Assembly (NCBI GenBank): GCA_010093605.1
Contig: MU004203.1
Coordinates: 512,391-576,390, forward strand
Source: Lophium mytilinum
Taxonomy: Eukaryota
Direction of reading: 5' to 3'
DNA: 64,000 nt
Part shown: piece by piece, positions 34,996 through 46,615 of the stretch
How positions within the stretch are numbered: the first letter of the stretch is position 1
Layout: each line of letters starts with the position of its first letter
The notes under the pieces: generated by a model
What the model saw: only the letters and a program-made list of their open reading frames with translations
What the model was told of the DNA's origin: nothing
Databases searched by the model: none
Made by a program: the position numbers and the translations under genes

Positions 34996-35176
34996 TGAGT
35001 GGGTTGATGGATGTCGTCTGGCGCTCCATCATTTTCAAACACGCGAACCCGTCGGCAACTTCGGAGCCTTTTCGCCGACTGCCAAGCCATTTGACTCGTG
35101 ACATCCATCATTGCTTCTTACCAAACAATGCATCCTTCTTTGACCAAAAATCTCATTTGTGCAGTTCGTGTCCAAA

Positions 35177-35897
35177 ATGCCACCCAAGGGCAAGCAAGCG
35201 TCTAGCAAGCTGTGTTTTGTGACCGTTGGGGCGACAGCTTCCTTCAATTCCCTAATATCTGCTACGTTGCATCCGCAATTCCTCGACGCATTATCGAAAG
35301 CGGGTTATACGAACCTCCTTTTGCAGTACGGCAAGGAGGGGAAACCAGTGTTCGACAAATTAGCTTCCAAGCTCGATGGCCCAAGCGGACACGGCATTGC
35401 GATTGATGGATTTGACTTCAACCGCGATGGGCTGGATCAAGAATTGAAAGCGGCGAAGGGGCTACCAGAGAATGCCGAGGGCGTTGTCATCAGTCACGCA
35501 GGTACCTACTTTGTCTCCCTTCTCCCACTCTGACGAAACTAAGTGGGGTATTCTTGTCCTCCATCCAGGCTCAGGCACCATATTGGCCGTTTTGAGAATA
35601 GACGTACCGCTCATCGTGGTACCCAATGAAGAGTTGCTCGACAACCACCAAGAAGAGCTCGCCAAAGTATTGGAAGAGCAGGGATATGTCATATACGGAC
35701 GTTTAGAGTACGCTGAACGACCCATTCGCCTTCTGTCAGCACTAATCACGCGCTCTAGAGATCTGCCCGCAACAATTGCCAAATCCGAGGAGTTACGCAT
35801 TCGACACAAGTCTTGGCCACCCGTGAATAGCGGAGTGCATCGCCAAGCGCGGGGCCTTGCCGGTGTCATGGATGAAGAGATGGGATTTCTGGACTAG
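35177..35897 (+). CDS. ALG13: UDP-GlcNAc transferase catalytic subunit Alg13; exons 35177-35501, 35569-35707, 35759-35897
   Basis: CFVTVGATASF, LLLQYG, VISHAG/SGTIL, PLIVVPNEELLDNHQEELA (GT28 C-terminal signature). Confidence 0.93.
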
Positions 35898-37471
35898 GAC
35901 TGCCGCAACCTCTGCCTGCCAGGACTTGGATTTCCCGGAACCGTTCCAGTTGCTGTATCACTCCTGGATTGTCACATTTCTATGTCTTGGATACAGTTTT
36001 TGAGGGCCATTAGATTTGGAGGACTCTGGACAGCCGCAATCGTTTCGTTCATTCTAAAGATATCTCGTTCCCTAGCCCACCATTTGTGCCGCGGTTTCAA
36101 AAGAAGCTAAGGAATCCTGGCAAATATGGCATCATATCAACAACATCTCGTGGCACACTCCACGCGTATAGGTGGAGAAACCGAATCGTGATTGAGGGGA
36201 TACTGCAGGGGTGGGGGTTTGGGGATGTGCATGCTCCCTCTCGGCATTTCGAGGCTTGTCCACCTGCATGTTCTTGGGAAGCTTGTATTATCTTCGTGCG
36301 CCCTCACCAATCGGAAAGCATTGGCATTACGGGCCGTTCCCTCGTACAGGGTTCTAACCCCACCTCATATCACCCTGGTTAGTCACCAAACCGCGAATAG
36401 TCACGAAGCCCGCTGACGCGTTGACAGTACCTGCAGTGGCATCTCGGTCTATTCATATGTGTGTCATCTGACTTTCCAACTTCTTCTCCTGGATAAATCT
36501 CCGTAGAGGGCATCGGGAAGGATTCATTCCAGCTTACCTGTGACTTTAGCGAGATATTCACTAGAGGCGAAGCAACTTAGCGGTCGAAGCGGGGTTCAGT
36601 TCAGCATGCATATTATCACAGCACATTATGCAGTCTTCATAGCAATAGCGTGTCATACCTAGTGCTTGACACACCGGCAGCATGCCCTGGGCGATATCTC
36701 TTCAGTACGCTTCATCGACATCTCGACAGTCTTTGCTCAATCGATGGCTGACAGTTGCATTCGTGTGCTTTTCGGACTCTCGTTTGACTTGATATCTTGC
36801 AAGCTTTCCTTTGCTATTACTGATGATGACCGGCATATTGGAAACGAGGGGAATCCCTACCATATCCCCCTGTTACTATGTTTCGCGAGCTGCACGCCTA
36901 TTGCTGCCAGGAACCCGATTAGAACACCAATGACCGCCTCTCATGGCTTCCCGGCATCTAGGTATGGAAGTTTTCAGAATATTATAAGGGTATTTCTCGG
37001 AGTCTCTCGGTGTCGGGGCTCGTCGGTCCCGAATAGATAGCCATTGAGGTCATCAGTGAGCTTGACGATGCACAGATATGGGTTATACCATTTGCTAAGC
37101 TTTACGTATGCATCTCTTTTCACTTACTCTCACATCCTGATTCGGTCCGCGAAGTTTACCTCCCTCTCTCGTGCTTTGATTCGATGATCTGTGTAACAGT
37201 TCTTGCAAACTATGGCACCAAAGTGCTTGGTTCTCATGCTAGTAACTTCGCACAGAACAAGATGCTCGCGCAATTGGAATTGCGGATTTGTCTTTGTGCC
37301 GTGCTAGCCATGGAGTGCCAGACCCGCGGGCCGTAGCAGTCCGCCTTAGACCATGACAAAATAGAGGTAGGCAGCAATTGATCACACATTTCATGTGTAT
37401 TTATCCCGAGTGCCGCCAGTTGTTTTTGCTCCCTTTTATCTTCTCTCACTTTACCAGCACTCATTACTGCA

Positions 37472-38936
37472 ATGAAGCTCCACCAGGTGTCTGCGCTTTG
37501 TCTGGTAGCTGCACTCTTAGATTCAGCCGCCTCCGCTCCTGCCGTACCATCTGGAGCTCTGCGTGGATCAGAAGACCTACTTGGCTATGATTCGAACAAC
37601 AAGGTGCCGCAGCCGCCAACAGTGATACCGCCAGATGAGTTTGAACTGGCCCCGGGACAGTCAGAAGATGCCGACCTGGGGGTTCCCATTGACCTTACGA
37701 ACGTCAAGAACCCCCAGCCTATTCGAGGCGGCAAGACAGGCCCTACGGATCCAGGCCCTCGGTGAGTTTGGTTCTTATCAACATTCGAACGTGCTGAACT
37801 AACAAACCTCTCCACAAAGCACTTATGCGTATGATCGTCTCAACAGCGACATGTATGCTCCCCCGGCGACCGACGCTGGAGACTTCACCAACGGCAAATG
37901 GCCCTTCGCGCTCTCTCACAACCGACACGGTCTTGCTGGAGCCGGTTGGGCGCGACAGCAAAACACCGACCAGCTTCCAGTTGCTACCGCCATGGCCGGC
38001 GTCAACATGCGCCTATCACCCAATGCATACCGCGAGCTACATTGGCACAAAGCAGGCGAGTGGGCGCTCATGCTGAACGGTAGCGTCCGCATCCAGGCAG
38101 TGAATGAGAACGGTGAGACTTTCATCGACGACCTGACGGCAGGCGACGTCTGGTTTTTCCCCGCGGGCATCCCGCACTCGATCCAAGCTTTCGATGACGG
38201 CTGCGAGTTTCTCCTCGTCTTCGACCAAGGCGACTTCAGCGAAGACGAAACTTTCCTCGTCTCCGAGCTCTTCGAGCGCAACCCTCAGAGCGTGGTAGCG
38301 AAGAATTTCAAGACCTCTGTGCAGGACTTCAAAGACCTTCCCGACGGCCAACTGTGGATCTTCCCCGGCACACCCGCGCCGAAGAACATTTCCGCGCAGA
38401 ATGTGACGGGCCCCGCTGGCGCTATAGCTCAGAGTGACTCGTACAGCTACCACTTCTCGGAGCAGCAGCCTTACGAGGTCGATGGCGGCAGCATCAAGAT
38501 AGTCGACCCGGCCACCTTCCCCATCGCCAAGGGGTTTTCCGTCGCCCTCGTTACCATCAAGCCCGGAGCGATGCGCGAGATGCACTGGCACACATCCTCC
38601 GACGAGTGGTCATACTTCCTCGCCGGCAGCGCTCGACTAACCGTCTATCAAGCACCGGCATCGTCCCGCACGTTCGACTTTTCCGCTGGGGATGTGGGAT
38701 ACGTGCCTTTCCCGAACGCACACTACATCGAGAACACAGGGTCAGATGATGTGGTGCTCTTGGAGGTTTTACAGGCGGAGACATTTAGCGATATAAGTGT
38801 CGGGCAGTGGCTAGGGTTGACGTCGGGGCAGATCGTGAAGGATCATCTGAAGGTGCCGGACGGATTTATTGCAAAGCTGTCGAAGGTCAAACAGTATATA
38901 GTGCAGGGGAGTACGAACTTGACGGATGTGCAGTGA
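37472..38936 (+). CDS. oxdC: Secreted oxalate decarboxylase (Mn bicupin); exons 37472-37761, 37820-38936
   Basis: Signal peptide; two cupin motifs RELHWH..EW..H and REMHWH...DEW..H; GWARQQN. The lid FSEDET keeps the Glu typical of decarboxylases. Confidence 0.93.
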
Positions 38937-39515
38937 ATTAGTGCATCAGCAGCTGGGAAGGGTCTGTAGTAGTGTACATACGTCATGAAGGGTGGTGATC
39001 AAGTTGTTCACGGGAGTGTGCGAGGGTGAGGGTGATTTAATAGGTCACAGGACGTTCGTTTGCAATAGCTTCTCATTCTTCTTACCCGGGGGGGGGGGCC
39101 ATTAAGTCCACTCGATATTTCAGTCGGTGGCAAATACTACATTACAAATCATGTCATAACTCGACATGGCGTGCTACTTAAAATCGATGATGATGCTCGG
39201 TACCAGAGTCGTTTGACACGTGTCTTATTTTTGATGCGACGTAGTTACATCTTGACCGAATACTTGATGATGCATCGAAGTCTTCTTGATGGTTGCATGA
39301 GACTGCCACCAAGCCATTGCTCTAGTCCCATTTTGCGATAATGTAGATCAGTGCGAATAGCTCAATCTCCTGCACATTCAGTCTGCTGCTGATATTGTAG
39401 ACAAAATGTCCAAAACGAACACACCGGCCCCAAACCCCCTCAAAGCATTCCCGGGACAATTATCGAAAACACAACCTCTTTGGACAATGACGCAGAACAA
39501 ATGAGCCTATATGGG

Positions 39516-40325
39516 CTACTCAGCAACCGTAGGCTTCGTACACCAACGCCACTGCTCTGCCGACCCCCATCTCGTAGCTACCCTGATAGCTCTCTCCTTC
39601 TTCCTCTCCCACTGCTTCCTTTGCGCCTCCGCACGCTGCTCCTTCTGTCGCTTCCTTTTCTCTGCATATTCCTCCCGTTGCCGCCAGTTGGGGTTATAGG
39701 TTTGCGGTGACATTTTGACCGGCGAGGGAACTGTTCTATCTGATGAGACATCCATAGCGTCTGCGCGGATAGCATGTTCGGGCGGTCCATAGTATGGCTC
39801 GTAAAAGGTCACTTCGTGCTTTTGCGTGCGGATGTCGAAGCCGTTGGTAAGCAAGGCGCCGCGTATGAACGGGTAGGAGGTGGTGTAAACGCCGGAGTCC
39901 TGAGTTGCGGTGGGGATGGGGAGGTTGGTTTTTAAGCAGGCTTCGAGAGTCGATGGGACCTGGGTCTCGAATCGACGTGTCGTATTTGAGTTGTGAGGAG
40001 AAACCCACGAGTCGCGTAGTGCAGCAGGATTGTATGTGCTGTTCCCGTCGAGCACTTTCCACGTCGCTGTAGGAAGAGAGGGCGCTGAGTTGCGTCGTGG
40101 TATCTCCCTCTGGACTACGTCGCTTTCTACATCGCTGTCTTTGTCTGTGGGAAGCTCTGAGCTACCTTCTGGCTTTCTGCCGTAAAGCTCTGCTATGCCG
40201 CGGTCTACGCTGAGGGTTCTGCGGCCCAAAGGCCGGGTCCGTTTCCGCGAGCAGGAATGGTCCATTATGTACAAGCATAGCTCGTGATACTTCGGAGAGT
40301 TGTATGGTATCTCGTATGGTGACAT
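39516..40325 (-). CDS. Hypothetical protein, 269 aa, basic coiled-coil C-terminus
   Basis: ATG ORF preceded by a CA-rich leader. No domain recognised. Confidence 0.55.
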   Translation of the reverse strand: MSPYEIPYNSPKYHELCLYIMDHSCSRKRTRPLGRRTLSVDRGIAELYGRKPEGSSELPTDKDSDVESDVVQREIPRRNSAPSLPTATWKVLDGNSTYNPAALRDSWVSPHNSNTTRRFETQVPSTLEACLKTNLPIPTATQDSGVYTTSYPFIRGALLTNGFDIRTQKHEVTFYEPYYGPPEHAIRADAMDVSSDRTVPSPVKMSPQTYNPNWRQREEYAEKRKRQKEQRAEAQRKQWERKKERAIRVATRWGSAEQWRWCTKPTVAE

Positions 40326-40963
40326 TGTAGTGCTGTGTAGGTGTGGGCGTTGTTAGGGGTTTTTGGTGTGGCTACCTGGAGGCTTGAGGAAAGTTGCGTT
40401 GTGAAGGTGAATGTGGGTTTTTTCAGGTTGGAGGATGTATCCCCTTGGAGCGCTCTGATTCGAATTGGGTGGTCCAGGAATGATCCTGCTGAACCCGAAC
40501 CATGGGACGACCGCTGGTCATGTTACCATCACTTTCCAGGAGAAGACTGCACAAATGGTAGGCTCAATGGAAAGAAAAGAAGAGGAGGTGTTCACATACT
40601 GACCGTAGTATCGACCGCAGACGTCTTCGGCACTGTCGATTGCATTAGCCAAACTCAACTTTGATCGAAGCTGTGCACGAGGGGAATCAGCGGTGCAGGA
40701 ATTGGGTCGCTTAAGCTGTGGATGAGATATTCTCTGAACCTTGGTACGTACCCAAAAGGAATCATTACACCCCCCATTCCTTAAAAGATTTACTATTTCA
40801 TGAAGCATCATTTCGAATCTCTGAACCTCAAACCAAAAATCCGGCGACACGCCTTTTCAATAAACCACAGCTTTATCAATGCGCTTGACATTCAATCCAC
40901 CCCAAGAAGGTTCCTGAGCCTTGTTCTTTCGAGTGAGAGCTACCACAGCCGTTATCCCAAATC

Positions 40964-41626
40964 ATGGCATCAACATTTATGGCATATTTGGACTCAAATC
41001 TGCGAGTTCAGTCGGACGGGCTCAGTGGTGGTGTTCTCGAAAAACAGATCTTCCTGGACCTACTTCACAATCCACTTCCCAACCTCCCTGCGCCTAGAGA
41101 CCCGAATTGCTCGATATGTCACGATACGATGACCGACCCAAAGCATGTCAAGGTTTGCAATCACGCGTTTTGCTGGAAATGCTTGGAGCGCTGGCTAGAC
41201 GAATGCGAAAAGAACACCTGCCCGATGTGCCGCGACAGTAATAAACTCTTTAACACAGAGTTCGAAATTTTTGTCGCCAACCTGCTGCCGAAACGCCAAG
41301 AACGGTACCAGGGACCTTGGCCAGTCGACATATTCCAGGACAGGAGAGATGACATAGCCAGAGCGGGGGGATTAGAAGCCTTCCGGGTTATATTCGACGA
41401 ATACGTAAGATATAAGAACGCTGGCGGCACACACCTGAACAACAACCAAAACTGGTCACTTACTAGCCACTTTTGGGTGAGCAACGTGAGGTCGCTGGTG
41501 CCGTGGAATGAAGCCTATGAATCCTTTCGCAGAGGCCATGATCTATGGAACCTTAACTACGAGATGGTTAGGCCAGTGGATCTTAGAGGGCGCCATGGCT
41601 CCATCAAATTGATGATGCCATATTAA
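40964..41626 (+). CDS. RING-finger (C3HC4) protein, 220 aa
   Basis: CSIC-x11-C-N-H-AF-C-WK-C-LERW-x8-CPMCR. Confidence 0.8.
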   Translation: MASTFMAYLDSNLRVQSDGLSGGVLEKQIFLDLLHNPLPNLPAPRDPNCSICHDTMTDPKHVKVCNHAFCWKCLERWLDECEKNTCPMCRDSNKLFNTEFEIFVANLLPKRQERYQGPWPVDIFQDRRDDIARAGGLEAFRVIFDEYVRYKNAGGTHLNNNQNWSLTSHFWVSNVRSLVPWNEAYESFRRGHDLWNLNYEMVRPVDLRGRHGSIKLMMPY

Positions 41627-42517
41627 AGCCACGACTTTTGGATCCGGCGGATAACATAGCTTTATCCCAGGCTGGCGAAGGTGACGATGCAGGGGGAGTG
41701 GGAGAGGTGTATACGGAGGGCATCGAGAAACTTGGACGTGGATGCAGCTCTCGCAAGATTGAGATTTCGCTCGAGTCGTAGCTCAGTTATCGTCAAAGGT
41801 AACCATCGAAAGTGATTGCAAGTCTAGAAATCAAAGGCTTTGCTTTGGAAACTGCAGTTTGGTTCGGTGCATGTGGCGATCGAAGGAGGTAGAACATGTC
41901 CATGGCTTCCAAGACTGATGGATGATGATTATGCTATACAGTCATGACTGATGACTGATTGGATTGGGGCATAGAAGTGTTGAACGAGCATAACTTGGTC
42001 GATTTCGTGATAGATTCTTCATGCTGTGCTGTTGCGGTGATGATAGCCGGTTATTGGGAAATGGCTATGAGTCGACATCGGCGATGCAATTGATGAAGGT
42101 AGATGGAGATTGATAAATTGGAACGAAGTCATTACGATCACTGAAGCTACGATGAGAGGAGGAAAGTGAGGCAATGCGGATACAGAAAAGGAATATATGA
42201 TCTTGTCACCGTAGAGGGTCCTGGCATGCTCTCGACTAACAAAATGGGGACAAACGAAACGTCACGCAATTGATGCAAATGCCACGGAGATGTAGCTGTT
42301 GCAGTAGTAAGTAGGATGAAAGATACAAGCTGGTGTGACAAAGGGGAGAACTCTGGGCATGCCGCCCTCATAAATCCTTAGGTACCGCCCTTTCGGCCGC
42401 CCCACATAGCGAACCTCATAGAAGAGAACATCCTCGCAACGAGTCACCACTATCACGCAAGCTTAAGATCAACACCTCCACCATGGACCGCTCATCACAC
42501 TCCCTTCTGCACTCACC

Positions 42518-43881
42518 ATGGGTTCCCTCACCACCACTCCACCCCTCACGCGCGCCTCCGTGATCGAAGCCCACGGCCTGATCAAACCCCACGTCCACCT
42601 CACCCCAGTGTTGACCAACACGACCCTCTCCACCCTCGCATCGACACCACAAACACCTGAAGCTCTCAAGGGAACTCCATATGAAGGGCAAACACCTGCG
42701 AAACCGGAGATAAGGCTATGGTTCAAATGCGAGAACTTTCAGCGGGTCGGCGCATTCAAGGCGCGGGGTGCGTTCCATGCGCTGGCGAGACTGAGTGAGG
42801 AGGAGAAGGCGAAGGGGGTGGTTACGCATAGTTCTGGTGAGCTCATACATTCTCGTTTGAGTGCTGAGAGGCTTCTTGGAGGGGTGAGCGCATTGGTGGC
42901 AGTCTGGGTTGAAGCATGCTGCACTCCCAATTATCACCCTTCACCAATTCCTCGACGCCAATTCCCCACCTCAGAAACCTCGATACTACTCACTCACCCA
43001 CGCAACACTAACCACGATTCCTCTCAGGCAACCACGCCCAAGCGCTCGCCCTCGCGGCTCGCACTCACAACATCCCCGCCCACATCGTCATGCCCACCAT
43101 CTCCACCCCCTCCAAAATCGCCGGCACCCGGTCTTATGGTGCCACCATCCACTTCAGCGGCAGCACCTCCGAGGAGCGCGAAGCCGTCGTCACCACTGTC
43201 ATCGCCGCCACCGGCGCCACTCTCGTCCCGCCATACAACCACCCCAATATCATCCTGGGCCAGGGCACGCTGGCTTTGGAACTCGAGTCCCAAGTCGCCG
43301 AGCTCTCGAACGGGGCGGTCAAGACCCTCGATGCCGTCATCGCGCCCTGTGGTGGCGGCGGGATGCTCTCGGGCGTCGCGACGGCACTGGCCCCGACGGG
43401 CGTGCGGGTGTATGGGGCGGAGCCGTCCTTTGAGGGTGCGGATGACGCGAGGAGGGGTGTTGCGGCAGGAAAGCGGGTGGAGAGCGTGAAGACGCTCACG
43501 ATTGCGGATGGGTTGAGGACGCCATTGGGAGATGTGACATGGAGTGTTATTAGCGATCCGGCGAAAGTGAAGGGCCTGTTTGCGGTGACGGAGGAGCAGA
43601 TTAAGGCGGCATTGCGTTTAGTACTAGAGCGCATGAAGGTCCTTGTAGAGCCAAGCGCTGTGGTAGGGCTGGCGACTGTGCTGTATAATGAGGACTTCAG
43701 GCGGATTGTGGAGAAGGAAGGGGGTGAGAAGGGGTGGGATATTGGGTTGGTGTTTAGTGGGGGGAACACGACGGTGGAGGCGATTGGGAAGCTGTATGCA
43801 GTCGATGAGAAGAAGGCTGAGAGGGCAGAGGGAGTTCTAGGGGCACACGGAGAGAAGGTTGCGGAGAACGTGGCTGGGTGA
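42518..43881 (+). CDS. PLP-dependent serine racemase / Ser-Thr dehydratase family; exons 42518-42836, 43028-43881
   Basis: [17 protein letters not shown] (PLP Lys), THSSGNHAQA across the intron, [24 protein letters not shown]. Confidence 0.93.
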
Positions 43882-44049
43882 GTCGAAACATCTATGATGC
43901 ATAGCGGACCTGAGCGAGAGTGTAGTCCACAGATCGAAGATACTATAACCCACAATTTCCGCTCATTGGAGAGATCAAATATGTATGTACTGGGATTGAA
44001 CCCTATGGACGTCTACTACGATATGAACCATGCAACGCTCCGTTGCCAC

Positions 44050-45434
44050 TTATGTCCTGTCCCTAATATTTCCCTTCAGCACCCCCTCCACCTGTCCCCT
44101 CGTATCCGGATTCTCATCGCCACGACCGATCTGCCCCTCAAACCCCTCTTCCAAAACCTGAATCAGCTCGTCTAACCTCCGCACCACCAGATCTGTGTGC
44201 TGATGGTCCGCGACATCCCGATTCGCTTCATTCGCCAGCAGCACCGTCGCTGCGCCCGCGAGATGACCTGCCGTCATGTCGTCGATGCTGTCGCCCACCA
44301 TGATGAGGTGGGATGCGTCGCCTGGGACCTCGTCGGGAGATTCCGATGATGGTGGGAGGGTAAGGTTCCATTGCTTAGCGATGTGCAAGATACCCGCTGG
44401 CGAGGGCTTGGGCGGGCGGAAGTCGCGCGTTATGATGGGCTCGAAAGTGTGGGAGGGCAGGAATGTTGTTAGGAGGTGGGACACGGGGGTGCTTGGGTGT
44501 GTATCAGCGTTTGTGGTCGTCACATACTGCATCTTCCAGGAGATTACAGAGACGGGAACGGAGATGAGGGAGCGACAAGAGGGGAGTACATACTCGAAGT
44601 TTCTGGTACATATGCCCTTGCGAATACCACGAGAATCGAGATAGTCCATGAGTTCTACAAGGCCGACTTGTGGTTTCTGGACTTTCATGGCGTTGCGCTC
44701 GATGTCGCGAATTTTCTCCATGGCGGCTTCTTGCTCGGCTTCGGGGAGTGTGTAGATATGATCGAGGATGTCGGTTGGCTTTTCGATACCCAGGGCAGCT
44801 CTGTCGACGATTAGTGAAAGCGTTCGTTGCGCTCATATAGCGCGGTGGAAAGGGGGATGGGGAACTCGTGACACTCAAAGGCAACGAGATGGTGTCCAAG
44901 TGAGGTGTTCTTACCTCATTTGGCCGAACATGTAGTTCTGAGGCTCGCCTTCTTGTGTATTGATGATTAGCAGGGTTCAATGTTTACGGACAGAGTGTTA
45001 TGATAGGAGACTTTTCAAGATATTTCGACTCGAGGAATTGGGAAATAGACAGCCTAGTGAGTAGCTGATTCCATCATCTGACTGAGAACATGTAGAAGGT
45101 TCGACAATATGAGTGAAGGATGACTGAATGATGAAAGCTCGAAAAAGATAAGATGAAAATGACTCAATCATTAAAATTGCCTACACAGAGTCCCATCAAC
45201 ATCGAAAACAACCCCCTTCAGCTTCGACCGCGTATCCGCCTCTTGTGCTTTCTCAGTCAAACTTAAGGGTGCAAATCGCCGTGGCTGGCTCGGACTGCCT
45301 TCCCTCGACATTGTGGCTGAGAATTGGCGCTTCGAAACAGAGGTTGAAAAAAGTGAAGGACCCTTGTATGAGATTCGACAAGAAGCTATACATGAAACCC
45401 CCTTTGTAAGTAAAACTGTGTTTCGCAGAAGCAT
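44050..45434 (-). CDS. HAD-superfamily hydrolase (YOR131C-like); exons 45434-45185, 44948-44915, 44800-44594, 44491-44050
   Basis: Motif I FDVDGTLC, motif II CTRN, motif III KP-P, motif IV MVGDSIDD. Introns keep the frame. Confidence 0.9.
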
Positions 45435-46615
45435 AGAGATCTGAAATTGTTGGTGAAGAGTAGTTGCGTTTAAGAAAAGTGTATGACGATCGGGAGTGGG
45501 ATGCGGAAGTACGCGCTTGGTATGCCGTCTTAGAATACGCTATCCTATGTAGGGCTTAGCTCGCTGCAGCATTCATTCTACGACATGTCTTGTTTTGCTG
45601 CAACACGAACTCACACAGCTACTATACGACGTCTTTCTTCCGTCTTTCTTCGGGCCACCAATTAATTCAACAACTCTACTCTTCACTACTCTAGAGTACA
45701 GCTAATTCACATGATGATGAGAAATTGGAAGTGGCGATCATGATCATGTTGATATTCATTCGCTGCTTACTTTCAAATGTGCGACGCATAGCGAAGCTAG
45801 AACGACATTGCAATCCTGGAAAACAGCTTTGGAAAGAAGTGATGAGGACTATCGTGAGGGTTCAAAGGAATCACCAACGACACCAGCCTTCCACCATTTG
45901 CTGGTCCGGACCTCGATTTTGATCTCGTCACGGCTTCGCTTATGGATACTTTGGTGAGATCGAATGGACAGGGTGCACCGAGCCATGATACGTGATATTT
46001 GGGAACCTGTGACACTCACGAACCGCAATGTCTTAGTTGTCTAGCTACTAGAGTGGCGAGCTTCTTATGGTCCATATCGAAGGTTTAGTCAGTGGAAACG
46101 GGATATAGCACCTGCGGGATGAGGTGATAAGACCGTTTTTGGGGGCGAGGACAACGAAGGTTTAGAGAAGTGATGGGAGGGTATTGCGCATTTGATCCCA
46201 GGTATCGGGCGGCGACCTTCGGAGAATGAAAGTGGTTCGTATGGAAGGGAATGATGTAAGGGACGAGAGAACCAAGCTCGCTTCAGGTTTCCAGATTGTC
46301 ACAGCGCATTAGAGAACAATCCGATGGCCTGGGTTGGGTTGATGTAAGTGACTTGAATGTGAGACATGAGACGAACCGATGTGAAAGAAACACCGTGAGT
46401 TAAGATATCTCTAAATTATGCCACAGACGATTGGGTGAATGTGGGAATAGGCAGCGAATGTTTAGAAGTGCTAACCCCTTAATGCGACAGGTAGAAAGAT
46501 AGAAGTAGCACTCGTGAACTCAAAAAGCAGTACAATAGAGCAGAATATAAGATAAACTGCATCAGCTACAACATGCCAGCTCCCTCGGAAACATCCTTTT
46601 CGCGCGCCGGTGATG

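Noticed and set aside
39088..39098. G11 homopolymer
   Set aside because: Isolated mononucleotide run with no associated structure.
41775..41830. TAGCTCAGTT resembling a tRNA D-arm
   Set aside because: No T-loop (GTTCRA) or acceptor stem follows.
42860..42875. GCTGAGA, as in TPP riboswitch aptamers
   Set aside because: The downstream TPP core (CYTGAT..GRTAAT.C..GCG) is absent and the gene is not thiamine related.
44949..45184. 236-nt HAD intron as a snoRNA host
   Set aside because: No clean C box (RTGATGA) and D box pair on the sense strand, and no evident H/ACA hairpins.
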